Assembly: GCA_041497675.1 (NCBI GenBank)
Contig: JBGQGY010000074.1
Location: 1 to 19,319, forward strand
Source: a bacterium
Lineage (GTDB): Bacteria; Sysuimicrobiota; Sysuimicrobiia; Sysuimicrobiales; Humicultoraceae
DNA length: 19,319 bases
Direction: 5' to 3'
The first letter of the stretch is position 1. The number at the start of each line of letters is the position of its first letter. The translations under genes were made by a program, and so were the position numbers. Below, piece after piece: positions 7,043 through 16,623 of the stretch. The notes below the pieces were generated by a model. The model was not told the origin of the DNA and made no database searches. It was given only the letters and a program-made list of their open reading frames with translations.

Positions 7043-8020
7043 TCACCGCACGGTAGGGGTCCACCCGGGGTGCGGGGCGATGCCACCGATCCTGAGGATG
7101 TCCGCAATCGTGGCACAGAAGTTTGGGAGGCCGTAGCGCGCGGGGTTGACCGGATCGCGGTACGAAAAGTGCCGGTAACTCAAGCAGAATCGATCCCAGG
7201 GATCCATCTGCACTCGCAGCAGCGCGACGACCGCGTTGAGCAGCGGCCCGGTGAGCGAGAGGCGCCAGTAGATGGGCTTGCCCAGGTACGCGCATAGATC
7301 CTCGATCATCTGGTCGAACGTGATGCGTTCCTGGCCAAGGACACGCAGGCGCGGCCCCACCGACGTTTCCGGGTGATCGACCAGATACCGCACGACCTGC
7401 GCGATATCGCGTCCGTGGATGAAGTGGAAGCTGGCGTCGGCCTTCACAAATCGCACAAGACCGGCACGTTTCACGACCTGGGGCAAGAGGGTGGAGAGGC
7501 GTACATTCGATTCCCGCGCCCCTTCGCCGAGCACGACGGTGGGGAACAGCACGGTGATCCGCGGGGCCATCTTCGACTCTGGGAGACGCGTCAGACACTG
7601 GTACTTGGTGCGGACGTAGGCGCTGCCCAGTGTGCCCGCTTCCGGCAAGGGTTGGTTCTCTCGGTTGAGGACGCTGGATGTCGAGAAGTACAAGACCTGC
7701 TCGCAGACGGATGGATCGAGCAGGTCGAGCAGTTTCAGGGTCATCTCGACGTTGACCCTATGGACGTCGGGGCCGCCCCAACTGGCGGCGGTCAACACGG
7801 CGGCGTCCATCGTGCGCAGCAGCGGTGCCAGTTGGGCGATGTCTCGCATGTCGCCCCGGACGAGTGTCACGCCCGGGCGCGACTGGGTCTCAACCTGCAG
7901 CCGGTTGGGATCTCTCACCAGCAGGTAGAGTTCGTGGGGGGTGTCCCGGACCAGGGTGTCTACCACGTAGTGGCCGACGCTGCCGCTGGCGCCCGTGACG
8001 AAGATCCGCTTGACGGCCAT
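7043..8020 (-). CDS. NAD(P)-dependent epimerase/dehydratase (extended SDR)
   Basis: RIFVTGASGSVG Rossmann motif, YFSTSS, YVRTK (YxxxK), FIHGRDIAQ. Start placed at the Met just before the Rossmann motif; 8059 is an alternative. Confidence 0.85.
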   Translation of the reverse strand: MAVKRIFVTGASGSVGHYVVDTLVRDTPHELYLLVRDPNRLQVETQSRPGVTLVRGDMRDIAQLAPLLRTMDAAVLTAASWGGPDVHRVNVEMTLKLLDLLDPSVCEQVLYFSTSSVLNRENQPLPEAGTLGSAYVRTKYQCLTRLPESKMAPRITVLFPTVVLGEGARESNVRLSTLLPQVVKRAGLVRFVKADASFHFIHGRDIAQVVRYLVDHPETSVGPRLRVLGQERITFDQMIEDLCAYLGKPIYWRLSLTGPLLNAVVALLRVQMDPWDRFCLSYRHFSYRDPVNPARYGLPNFCATIADILRIGGIAPHPGWTPTVR

Positions 8021-8091
8021 CTCTATGTGATTCGTACTGTGCTTGGTGTTCTCCCCCATGCTCGGCGCGCCGATCCGCGCGCAGCCGGGCG

Positions 8092-8129
8092 GTTGCATGT
8101 TTATTCAGAATGACGTATAGTTATTCGCA
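8092..8129. promoter_or_regulatory. Tandem ARG boxes (ArgR/AhrC operator)
   Basis: Cores TGCATGTTTATTCA (8094-8107) and CGTATAGTTATTCG (8114-8127) match TG(A/C)AT-N4-AT(T/G)CA, the second less well. They form two 18-bp boxes 2 bp apart overlapping -35 and -10. Confidence 0.78.
8093..8121 (+). promoter_or_regulatory. Sigma70-type promoter of carAB
   Basis: TTGCAT (8093-8098), 17-bp spacer, TATAGT (8116-8121), followed by SD GGAGG and ATG 8143. Confidence 0.75.
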
Positions 8130-8142
8130 CACGGAGGGCTCC

Positions 8143-9237
8143 ATGCGCGCGCAGCTGGCACTCGATGACGGCACCGTGTTCGAAGGCGAATCCATCGGCG
8201 CCGCCGGTTGGACCGGTGGTGAGGTGGTCTTCACCACGAGCTTGACCGGGTATCAGGAAGTGCTGAGCGACCCGTCGTATCGCGGCCAGATCGTGGTCAT
8301 GGCGTACCCGCTGATCGGCAACTACGGGTTCCGCGACGCCGCCATGGAGTCGCACCGTCCCCATGCCGCCGGGTTTGTCGTGCGATGGAACGCCCCGGCC
8401 GGCGCGCCGGCGTCGGGCGTGGGCTCCGATCCGCGTGGCGTGGATCTTGACGCCTATCTTCGTGCGTGGGGTCTTGTCGGCATCACGGGCGTCGATACCC
8501 GCCGGCTCGTGCGGCACCTGCGGAGCGGCGGGGTGCGGCGTGGCATGGTCTCCACAGAAGACGAATCGCACGGTGACCTGGTGGCCCGCGCACGGGCGCT
8601 CCCCGATCTGGGTGAAATCGACCTGGTGGCACAAGTCTCAGAGCCGCGACCCGTCCGGTTTCCCGCCGAGGGACCGCGGATTGCGGTCCTGGACTGCGGG
8701 GTGAAACAAGGGATCGTCCACAACTTTCGCGTCCGGGGGTGCGACGTCACGGTGTTCCCGCATGACGCCACGGCCACCATGATCCGCGCGCTCGGCGCCC
8801 ACGGGCTGGTGGTGACCAACGGCCCCGGCGATCCGGCCCGGCTCGGGGCCATCGCCCGTGAGATCGCGTCGCTGTGGGAAGAGATTCCTGTGATGGGCAT
8901 CTGCCTCGGGCACCAGATCCTGGCTATCGCCGCCGGCGCGCGAACCTTCAAGCTGCCGTTTGGCCACCGCGGCTCGAACCATCCCGTCCGCGACGAAACC
9001 ACCGGGCGCGTCGCGATCACGACGCAAAACCACGGCTACGCCGTCGACGAGGAATCCCTGACCGGAACGGAGTTTGAGGTGACCCACCACAACCTGCACG
9101 ACGGCACGGTGGAGGGCATGCGTCACCGCGAGCTGCGCGTGTTTTCGGTCCAGTATCATCCCGAAGGCCGGCCGGGCCCGCAGGATTCTGCGCACCTGTT
9201 TGACCGGTTCCTCGACTTGGTGGGGCGGAGTGTCTAG
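8143..9237 (+). CDS. carA: Carbamoyl-phosphate synthase small subunit
   Basis: GEVVFTTSLTGYQEVLSDPSYRGQI, GVDTRRLVRHLR, NGPGDP, GICLGHQ (catalytic Cys), FGHRGSNHPV, QNHGYAV, VQYHPE. Confidence 0.97.
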   Translation: MRAQLALDDGTVFEGESIGAAGWTGGEVVFTTSLTGYQEVLSDPSYRGQIVVMAYPLIGNYGFRDAAMESHRPHAAGFVVRWNAPAGAPASGVGSDPRGVDLDAYLRAWGLVGITGVDTRRLVRHLRSGGVRRGMVSTEDESHGDLVARARALPDLGEIDLVAQVSEPRPVRFPAEGPRIAVLDCGVKQGIVHNFRVRGCDVTVFPHDATATMIRALGAHGLVVTNGPGDPARLGAIAREIASLWEEIPVMGICLGHQILAIAAGARTFKLPFGHRGSNHPVRDETTGRVAITTQNHGYAVDEESLTGTEFEVTHHNLHDGTVEGMRHRELRVFSVQYHPEGRPGPQDSAHLFDRFLDLVGRSV

Positions 9238-12200
9238 CGCGCCGGCGCCCCCGCGGGGCGATCTCGTCAAGGCGATGATCATCGGCTCGGGCCCGATCAT
9301 CATCGGGCAGGCGGCCGAGTTCGACTATTCGGGCACGCAGGCCTGCCGCGCGTTGCGCGAAGCGGGCATCGAGGTGGTGCTCGTCAACAGCAATCCCGCG
9401 ACGATCATGACCGACCGCGAGATCGCCGACCACGTCTACATCGAGCCGCTGGTGCCTGAAGTCCTCGCCGAAATCATCGCCCGCGAGCGGCCGCAGGGCC
9501 TGCTCGCCACGATGGGTGGCCAGACGGGGCTGAACCTGGCCACGGCACTCAACGAGATGGGTGTGCTCGAGCGGTGGGGCGTGCGTGTGCTCGGGACGCC
9601 GATGGACGCGGTCGCGCGCGCCGAGGACCGCGCCCTGTTCAAGGCGACGATGGCGACCCTGGATGAGCCGCTGCCGGAGTCGGAGACGGTGTCCACGGTG
9701 GACGAGGCGGTCGCCGCGGCGCAGCGCATCGGCCTTCCTGTCGTGGTGCGGCCGGCGTTCACCCTGGGAGGTAGTGGAGGGGGCATCGCGGCCACCCTCG
9801 GGGAAGTGCGCGAGATCGCCTCGCGCGGCATCACGCTGAGCCGTATCGGACAGGTGTTGGTCGAGCGGAGCATCGCCGGGTGGAAGGAGATCGAGTACGA
9901 GGTCATCCGCGACGGCGCCGACAACGCCGTGACGATCTGCAACATGGAAAACATCGATCCCATGGGGGTCCACACCGGCGATTCGATCGTCGTCGCGCCG
10001 AGCCAGACCCTGTCGGACCGCGCGTACCACCGGCTGCGCACAGCCGCGCTGCGGATCGTGCGGGGGTTGGGTATTCAGGGGGCCTGCAACGTCCAGTTTG
10101 CGCTCGATCCGGCCTCGCAGGACGGTGAACCGTACTATGTCATCGAGGTCAACCCTCGTGTCAGCCGCTCGAGCGCATTGGCCAGCAAGGCCACAGGGTA
10201 TCCGATCGCGCGGGTGGCGGCCAAGATCGCGCTCGGCCAGCGGCTCGACGAGATCACCAACGCCATCACCGGCGGCACGGCGTGCTTCGAGCCGGCGCTC
10301 GACTACGTGGCTGTGAAGATCCCGCGCTGGCCGTTCGATAAGTTCCCCGGCGTCGACCGCACGCTGGGGACTCAGATGAAATCGACGGGCGAGACGCTGG
10401 CGCTCGGTCGGACGTTTGAAGAGGCGCTGCTCAAGGGCGCGCGGTCACTGGACATTGGCGCGATCGGTCTCTGGCATCGGATGATCGAGGGGTGGACCGA
10501 CGACGACGTCTGGGCGCGCATCAGGACGCCGCACGAGCATCGGCTGTTCGCGCTGGCCGAGTCTATGCGGCGCGGGGCGTCGATCGCCGACCTGAACGCG
10601 GCGAGCCGTATCGATCCATTCTTCCTCGGCGCGGTGGCCCGTATTGTTCAGGCTGAGCGCGCCGCGGCCTCCGATCCCGACGCGCTCCGCGCCGAGGGAT
10701 TGCACCGGCTGCTGCGTCTGGGTTTTGACGATCGCGCGATCGCGCACTTCTCGGGGCTGACCTCGCGCGACGTGCGCGAGCGGCGCCTGGCCGCGGGGCT
10801 CCGCCCGACCTACAAGAGCGTCGACACGTGCGCCGGTGAGTTCCCAGCGAGTACGCCGTACTACTACGCCACCTACGAGGATGAGGACGAGATCCCGCCG
10901 GCCCGCGGACGCACCGCGATCGTGCTCGGCTCGGGCCCGATCCGCATCGGTCAGGGCATCGAGTTTGATTACTGCACCGTGCATGCCGTACAGGCACTCA
11001 AGCAGGCCGGGTGGGAAGCCGTGGTCATCAACAACAACCCCGAAACGGTGTCGACCGACTTCGACCTGTCTGACCGCCTGTACGTTGAGCCGTTGACGCC
11101 CGAAGACATCCGCGCGGTCGTCGAGCGTGAGGGCGCGCAGGGGGTGCTTGTCCAGTTTGGCGGGCAGACGCCGCTGAATGCCGCCATTCCCCTGGCGGTG
11201 GCCGGGATCCGCGTGCTCGGTACCGCACCAGAAGCCCTCGACGTCTCTGAAGACCGGCGGAAGTTTGCGGCGCTGCTACGCGAACTCGACATCCCGCAAC
11301 CGCAAGGGTGGACGGCAACCTCGCTGGACGAAGTCATGGCCATTGGGCGGCGCGAGGGACTGCCGCTCTTGGTGCGGCCTTCGTATGTGCTCGGTGGCCG
11401 CGGGATGGTGATCGCCCGCTCCCTCGATACGCTCGAAGAGGCCGCGCGCGACGCGCTGGTCGCGTCGTCGGGACCGGTGTTGCTCGACCGCTACCTGGAG
11501 GGCCTCGAAGTCGAACTCGACGCCGTGGCCGACGGGACAAACTTAGTCGTGCCGGCGCTGATGGAGCAGATCGAGCGCGCGGGTGTGCATTCCGGCGACA
11601 GCCTGGCGCTGCTGCCGGCGCGGTCCGTGTCGTCTGAGACAACGGGGATGATCATCGAGTACGCCGCGAGGATTTCTTGGGCCTTACAGGTGAGGGGGTT
11701 CCTCAACATCCAGCTGGTGATCTGGCGGGGAAAGCCCTATGTCCTGGAAGTGAATCTCCGCGCCAGCCGCACCGTGCCGTTCGTCAGCAAGGCCACCGGT
11801 GTGCCGATGGTACGCCTGGCGACCGAAGTGATGCTGGGCCGCTCATTGGCCGAGCTTGGACACCAGGGCATCACATTGTTGGGGCGCCCCGAGCGCTGGG
11901 CCGTCAAAGCGCCGGTGTTCTCCACTGGGAAACTTTTCGGCGCGGACCCCTTGCTCGGACCAGAGATGCGGTCGACCGGTGAGGTCATGGGGACGGGGAC
12001 CACGCCGGCGGAGGCGCTGCGGCGCGCATTTGTCGCCGCGGGGTTCCCGCTGGAGATCGGGCGCGCGCTGCTGGTCTCGGTGGCCGACCGTGACAAAGCC
12101 GAGGCTGTGGATCTCGGCGCGACCGCGTTGGCGCAGGGGTTCACGCTGTTGGCGACGCCCGGAACGGCGGCGGCGCTGGCGGTACGCGGGGTGACGGCGC

Positions 12201-12424
12201 GGATCGTGTCTGCGCAGGAAGCGGTGGCGCTCGTCCGTGGAGGCCGGGTCGGTGCCGTCTTCAACACGCCGACGCGCGGCCACCGGCCCGATCGCGCCGG
12301 GTTCGCCTTGCGCCGTGCGGCCGTTGAGCTCAACATACCGCTGCTGACGTCGCTCGATTCAGCGCGCGCGATGTTGGAGGCCTACGTCTCGTCTGCGGAA
12401 CTGGAGCCTTTCCCGCTTGGCTAG
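9230..12424 (+). CDS. carB: Carbamoyl-phosphate synthase large subunit
   Basis: IGSGPIIIGQAAEFDYSG, NSNPATIMTD, GVHTGDS, EVNPRVSRSSALASKATG, second half GSGPIRIGQGIEFDY, NNNPETVSTD, C-terminal MGS-like domain. GTG start at 9230 overlaps the carA stop; the start is inferred. Confidence 0.97.
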   Translation: MSSAPAPPRGDLVKAMIIGSGPIIIGQAAEFDYSGTQACRALREAGIEVVLVNSNPATIMTDREIADHVYIEPLVPEVLAEIIARERPQGLLATMGGQTGLNLATALNEMGVLERWGVRVLGTPMDAVARAEDRALFKATMATLDEPLPESETVSTVDEAVAAAQRIGLPVVVRPAFTLGGSGGGIAATLGEVREIASRGITLSRIGQVLVERSIAGWKEIEYEVIRDGADNAVTICNMENIDPMGVHTGDSIVVAPSQTLSDRAYHRLRTAALRIVRGLGIQGACNVQFALDPASQDGEPYYVIEVNPRVSRSSALASKATGYPIARVAAKIALGQRLDEITNAITGGTACFEPALDYVAVKIPRWPFDKFPGVDRTLGTQMKSTGETLALGRTFEEALLKGARSLDIGAIGLWHRMIEGWTDDDVWARIRTPHEHRLFALAESMRRGASIADLNAASRIDPFFLGAVARIVQAERAAASDPDALRAEGLHRLLRLGFDDRAIAHFSGLTSRDVRERRLAAGLRPTYKSVDTCAGEFPASTPYYYATYEDEDEIPPARGRTAIVLGSGPIRIGQGIEFDYCTVHAVQALKQAGWEAVVINNNPETVSTDFDLSDRLYVEPLTPEDIRAVVEREGAQGVLVQFGGQTPLNAAIPLAVAGIRVLGTAPEALDVSEDRRKFAALLRELDIPQPQGWTATSLDEVMAIGRREGLPLLVRPSYVLGGRGMVIARSLDTLEEAARDALVASSGPVLLDRYLEGLEVELDAVADGTNLVVPALMEQIERAGVHSGDSLALLPARSVSSETTGMIIEYAARISWALQVRGFLNIQLVIWRGKPYVLEVNLRASRTVPFVSKATGVPMVRLATEVMLGRSLAELGHQGITLLGRPERWAVKAPVFSTGKLFGADPLLGPEMRSTGEVMGTGTTPAEALRRAFVAAGFPLEIGRALLVSVADRDKAEAVDLGATALAQGFTLLATPGTAAALAVRGVTARIVSAQEAVALVRGGRVGAVFNTPTRGHRPDRAGFALRRAAVELNIPLLTSLDSARAMLEAYVSSAELEPFPLG

Positions 12425-12430
12425 CGTCTC

Positions 12431-12777
12431 GTGACCTCCCGCCGCCTGCAGCCGCTCGGCATCATCGTGGTGTGCGTGGCATTGGCGCTCCCGGCGGCCA
12501 CTCAGGAGTCCGTGACGGAGCCCTCGACGATTGGACGCCCGCTACCTATTGCCGGGCGTTGGTCGCGCAGGCGGTGGCGCGCAGGGAACGGGCGTTCATC
12601 AAGGTCTACCCCGGAGCCCATCACAGTTTTGACAACCTGCGTGTCCCGACCACGTACCTTCACGACGTGTTCAATCCCCATAGCCCGACCGGCCGCGGAG
12701 CGACCGTCGGCGGCAACCGCGCGGCGCGTGACGCCGCCCGCGTCGATCTGTTGGCCTTTCTGAAGACCCAGCTATAG
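12431..12777 (+). pseudogene. Internally deleted, frameshifted dienelactone-hydrolase-family (alpha/beta hydrolase) gene
   Basis: The frame from 12431 gives a signal peptide then AATQESVT. Near 12517 another frame gives GALDDWTPATYC...VYPGAHHSFD...AARDAARVDLLAFL, the DLH C-terminus. The nucleophile region is absent. Confidence 0.72.
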
Positions 12778-12791
12778 ATGGTTCAGATCGT

Positions 12792-14078
12792 TCAGTCTCC
12801 CGGGGCTGTCGCGAGAGCGGGACGCCGCGTCACGGATTGATCGGGGTGTCCTGCCGCCGGCCGCTCGCGGATGGCCAGCACCATCACCGTCGCGGCAAAT
12901 GCGAGCGCCGCCGCGGAGTGGAACGCGAGCGTGTAGTTGCCGAAGCGATCATAGAAGAACCCGCCCACCATCGACCCGACGGCTGCACCGATCTGATGCG
13001 AGAAGAAGATCCACCCTGACAATTCTCCCACGGAGTATCGCCCGTAGAGCTTTGCGGTGAGCGATGTCGTCGCGGGCACGGTCGAGATGTAGTTGAGGCC
13101 GAAAATGGCTGCAAACGCAAACAGCCCAGGCACGGTGCCCACGTAAGGGAGAAAGATCAGCGAGATCCCGCGGAGCAGATAGTACCCCGCCAGCGGGAAC
13201 CGCGCGCCGAATCGATCACAGCCCCAGCCCGACGCAACCGTGCCGACGATATTCAACGCTCCCATCACGCCCAGGGCCTGCGCGGCCTGGGTGGCGTGGA
13301 ACCCGTGCTCGGTCGCGTATGGGATCAGGTGTGTGAGCACCAGCCCCGACGTCGTGTACCCGCACACCCAGAAACTCCCGGCCAGCAGCCAGAACGGCCG
13401 CGTGCGCGCCGCCTCGACAATGCCCGTTCGCTGCGCCGCGCGTTCCGCGGCAGTCGCGCCGGATGTGCCGTCTGCAGCGCCGTACGGGGCCAATCCCATC
13501 TCCCGAGGCTCGTTGCGAATCAGGAACACCGCCAGCGGGAGGATGAGGACCAGAAAGCCGATCCCGGCCGCCATGAACCCGGTGCGCCACCCGGCGGAGA
13601 GCGTGATCGCCATCAGCACCGGCACGACGAGCAGTTGCCCGGCCGCCATGCCACCGCCGGCGATGCCGAGCACCAGCCCTCGGCGCGCATCGAACCAGCG
13701 CGTGGCCAGCGAGGCCGTCACGGACATCGCCGCCCCGCCGGCCCCAAGGGCCGTGATGATGCCCGCGGTGAGGTAGAGCTGCCACAGGCTGTTGATGAAC
13801 GAGGTCGCGATCGCGCCGAGCCCCAGCAACAGCACCGCGCCGATCATCACGCCCCGCGGTCCCCACCGGTCGGCCAAACGCCCTACCAGCGGGCCGACGG
13901 CGCCATAGAGGAACAGCGAAAGCGAGGCGACGATGGACAGCGATGTGCGGCCCCATCCAAACTGCGCTTCCAGGGGTTTGATGAAGACGCCAAACGAGGT
14001 CCGCACGCCCGACGCCATGAGCAAGATCACGCTTGAGACGCCGAGCACGATCCACGCATAGTGCACTCTGGGCGTCAC
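12792..14078 (-). CDS. MFS transporter
   Basis: Roughly 12 hydrophobic segments, motif A GRLADRWGPR and second-half GWGCDRFGAR. GTG start at 14078, 4 nt after the upstream stop; the extension to 14366 overlaps the permease. Confidence 0.92.
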   Translation of the reverse strand: MTPRVHYAWIVLGVSSVILLMASGVRTSFGVFIKPLEAQFGWGRTSLSIVASLSLFLYGAVGPLVGRLADRWGPRGVMIGAVLLLGLGAIATSFINSLWQLYLTAGIITALGAGGAAMSVTASLATRWFDARRGLVLGIAGGGMAAGQLLVVPVLMAITLSAGWRTGFMAAGIGFLVLILPLAVFLIRNEPREMGLAPYGAADGTSGATAAERAAQRTGIVEAARTRPFWLLAGSFWVCGYTTSGLVLTHLIPYATEHGFHATQAAQALGVMGALNIVGTVASGWGCDRFGARFPLAGYYLLRGISLIFLPYVGTVPGLFAFAAIFGLNYISTVPATTSLTAKLYGRYSVGELSGWIFFSHQIGAAVGSMVGGFFYDRFGNYTLAFHSAAALAFAATVMVLAIRERPAAGHPDQSVTRRPALATAPGD

Positions 14079-14082
14079 GTGC

Positions 14083-14919
14083 TCAGCCCACCCGGCCCTG
14101 CAGGCGAGGGTCGGCGAGATCGCGCAGCCCGTCGCCCAGCAGGTTGAGCCCCAGCACCGAGAGCAGGATCGCCACGCCCGGGAAGACCGTGATCCACGGC
14201 GCCGTCTGCATGAACGTGCGGCCCGCGGTGATAATCGTGCCCCATGACGGGATATACGGCGGCAGTCCCACGCCGAGGAATGACAGTGCCGCTTCGGCCA
14301 GCACCGAGTCGGCGAAGATGAACGTCGCCTGCACGATGATGGGCGCGAGACAGTTGGGCAGGACATGCCGGGCGAGGATACGCGCGTCGGCCGCGCCCAG
14401 CGCCTGGGCCGCCTGCACGTAGTCGAGCTCGCGCACCACGAGCGTCACGCTCCGGACGATGCGCGCCACCCGCGGCGTAAAGACGATCGAGAGCGCGATA
14501 ATGACGTTCGACAGTCTCGCCCCGAGCGCCGCCATGAGCGCGATCGCCAAGAGCGTGGTGGGAAACGCCATCAGCCCATCCATGATCCGCATGAGCACGC
14601 GATCCATACGGTTGTCATACCCGGCGATGAGGCCGATCGTCGCGCCCGCGCCGGTCGCGCAGACCACAACCAGACTGCCAACGAGCAGCGACACGCGTGC
14701 CCCGTGGATGACCCGGCTGAAAATGTCGCGGCCGAGGTTATCGGTGCCGAACGGATGCGCGTGACCGGGTCCCAACAGCCGCTGGGGCACCTGGATGTCT
14801 TGCGGATCATAGGGGGAGAGGACCGAGGCGAACACGGCGATGAGTACCACGGCCAGGACGATCAGCCCGCCGACCAGCGTCGACCGGCTGCGCCTCAGCG
14901 CGCGGCGCACCTCACGCAT
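14083..14919 (-). CDS. Peptide/nickel ABC transporter permease (DppC/OppC family)
   Basis: HPFGTDNLGRDIFSRVIHGARVSL, EAA-like loop YVQAAQALGA...ILARHVLPN, EAALSFLGVG...PSWG. Confidence 0.95.
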   Translation of the reverse strand: MREVRRALRRSRSTLVGGLIVLAVVLIAVFASVLSPYDPQDIQVPQRLLGPGHAHPFGTDNLGRDIFSRVIHGARVSLLVGSLVVVCATGAGATIGLIAGYDNRMDRVLMRIMDGLMAFPTTLLAIALMAALGARLSNVIIALSIVFTPRVARIVRSVTLVVRELDYVQAAQALGAADARILARHVLPNCLAPIIVQATFIFADSVLAEAALSFLGVGLPPYIPSWGTIITAGRTFMQTAPWITVFPGVAILLSVLGLNLLGDGLRDLADPRLQGRVG

Positions 14920-15856
14920 ACTTGACCCGCGGATCGAGGAAGACGTAGAGTACGTCGATCAGCAAATTCACTAGGACATAGACGGCTGCGACAAACATCA
15001 ACACGCCCTGCACGACCGGGTAGTCCCTGCGCAGCACCGATGAGATCACCAGCCGCCCGACCCCCGGCAGCGCGAAGACCGTCTCCGTGACGACGGCGCC
15101 CGCCAACAGCCCACCCAATGCCAGCCCGATGACGGTGATCGTGGGGATCAGGGCGTTCCGCAGCGCGTGGCCTACAATCACGCGCCGTTCCTGGTTGCCT
15201 TTGGCCCGGGCCGTCCGCACGTAATCCTGACCGAGCACCTCCAGCATGCTCGACCGCGTCATCCGTGCGATGAGGGCCGATGCCCCAAAGCCCAACGTGA
15301 CCGCGGGCAGAATCAACGATTGAATCGCACCGATGACGGACTGCTCCAGCGGCACGTACCCGGCCACCGGGAACAGCTCGAGAGAGACCGAGAAGATCAA
15401 GATCAGATTCAACCCGAGCCAGAACCCCGGCACCGACACGCCGAACAGGGCGACCCCCATGGCGGCCTGATCAACCCAGGTGTTGCGCCGCACGGCGGCC
15501 GCCACGCCTGCGGGCAACCCGATCGCGACAGCCACGGCGAGCGCCAGCGTCGTCAGCAGGAACGTCGGCTCGACGCGCTCGACAATAGCGTTCAGCACGG
15601 GCCGCTGCAGGAAGATCGAGTATCCGAGATCACCCCGCAGCGTGCGGCTGTACCAACGGACCAGCTGCACCAGCAGCGGCCGATCCAATCCCATGATCGT
15701 GCGCAGATTGTTCAGATCGTCGATGGTCGCATCAGGCCCAAGCATCACAGCCGCGGGGTCGCCGGGTGTGAGGTAAATGAGGAAAAACCCCGCGGTGGCG
15801 ACGATGAGCAGCACGGGGAGCAGGGCGATGAGCCGCCGGACCACGTACCCGGTCAT
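14912..15856 (-). CDS. Peptide/nickel ABC transporter permease (DppB/OppB family)
   Basis: PGDPA, GLDRPLLVQ, GDLGYS, RSSMLEVLGQDYVRTARAKG, HALRNALIP, ETVFALPGVG, RDYPVVQG, LDPRVKY. Confidence 0.95.
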   Translation of the reverse strand: MTGYVVRRLIALLPVLLIVATAGFFLIYLTPGDPAAVMLGPDATIDDLNNLRTIMGLDRPLLVQLVRWYSRTLRGDLGYSIFLQRPVLNAIVERVEPTFLLTTLALAVAVAIGLPAGVAAAVRRNTWVDQAAMGVALFGVSVPGFWLGLNLILIFSVSLELFPVAGYVPLEQSVIGAIQSLILPAVTLGFGASALIARMTRSSMLEVLGQDYVRTARAKGNQERRVIVGHALRNALIPTITVIGLALGGLLAGAVVTETVFALPGVGRLVISSVLRRDYPVVQGVLMFVAAVYVLVNLLIDVLYVFLDPRVKYA

Positions 15857-15867
15857 AGGCTGACGAG

Positions 15868-16623
15868 TTAGGCGACGATATAGGGAATCGTGGCGCCGCC
15901 GTCGATGACGATCGTCTGCCCGGTGATGAACCCAGCCTGTGGCCCGGCCAGATACGCCACCAGATCGGCGACCTCGTCTGCGGTGCCCATGCGGCCAATC
16001 GGGATGAGGGCACGCAGCCGCGCGCGCGCGTCCTCAGGCAGTTCGGCCACGATCCCCGCGTCGATCGCGCCCGGCGCCACGGCGTTTACGGTGATCCCGT
16101 GTGGCGCCAACTCGCGGCCGAGTGCCACGGTGAGCCCAATGAGCCCCGCTTTCGCCGCCGAGTAGTTGGCCTGCCCGGGCCCACCGACCACGCCGGCGAC
16201 CGACGTGACGTTGATGATGCGCCCGCCGCCGGCGGCCATCAGATGCGGGACCCCCAGCCGGCAGCAGCGTACCGCGCCGGTCAGGTTGGTTTCGATGACT
16301 GATGTCCAGTCGGAGGGGTGCATGCGCAGCACGAGGGCGTCGCGGATGATCCCGGCGTTGTTGACCAGGATGTCCAGCCGCCCAAGACGCGTCACCGCTC
16401 CGTCGATGAAGCGCGCTACGTCGGCTTCGGAGTCGACGTTGCCCTGGAACGCCGCAACGGCGGTCCGGGCCGAGAGCTCGTCAACCAGCGCCTGTGCGCC
16501 CGCCGCGTTGGACCGATACGTAAAGGCTACGGCTGCGCCGGCGCGGGCCAGCGCCACGGCCACGGCCCGACCGATCCCGGATGAACCGCCGGTGATAAGG
16601 GCGACTTTCGAAGCGAGCGTCAC
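15868..16623 (-). CDS. fabG: FabG-like SDR (3-oxoacyl-ACP reductase family)
   Basis: TGGSSGIG, LVNNAGIIRD, GQANYSAAKAG, ITVNAVAPG, IPIGRMG, ITGQTIVIDGG. No fab genes are adjacent, so it may be a paralogue. Confidence 0.75.
   Translation of the reverse strand: MTLASKVALITGGSSGIGRAVAVALARAGAAVAFTYRSNAAGAQALVDELSARTAVAAFQGNVDSEADVARFIDGAVTRLGRLDILVNNAGIIRDALVLRMHPSDWTSVIETNLTGAVRCCRLGVPHLMAAGGGRIINVTSVAGVVGGPGQANYSAAKAGLIGLTVALGRELAPHGITVNAVAPGAIDAGIVAELPEDARARLRALIPIGRMGTADEVADLVAYLAGPQAGFITGQTIVIDGGATIPYIVA

Noticed and set aside
9017..10030. Long antisense ORF (337 aa) and similar shadow ORFs such as 1614..2390, 6110..6820, 13216..14055 and 18354..19094
   Set aside because: They overlap well-supported genes, have low-complexity Arg/Gly/Ala-rich translations with no motifs, and are expected from stop-codon scarcity at high GC.
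9230..12424. Internal duplication in carB (GSGPI.IGQ..EFDY twice)
   Set aside because: This is the known two-ATP-grasp architecture of CarB.
14079..14366. 96-aa N-terminal extension of the MFS ORF
   Set aside because: It overlaps the DppC-like gene in another frame. The MFS-like sequence starts at GTG 14078.
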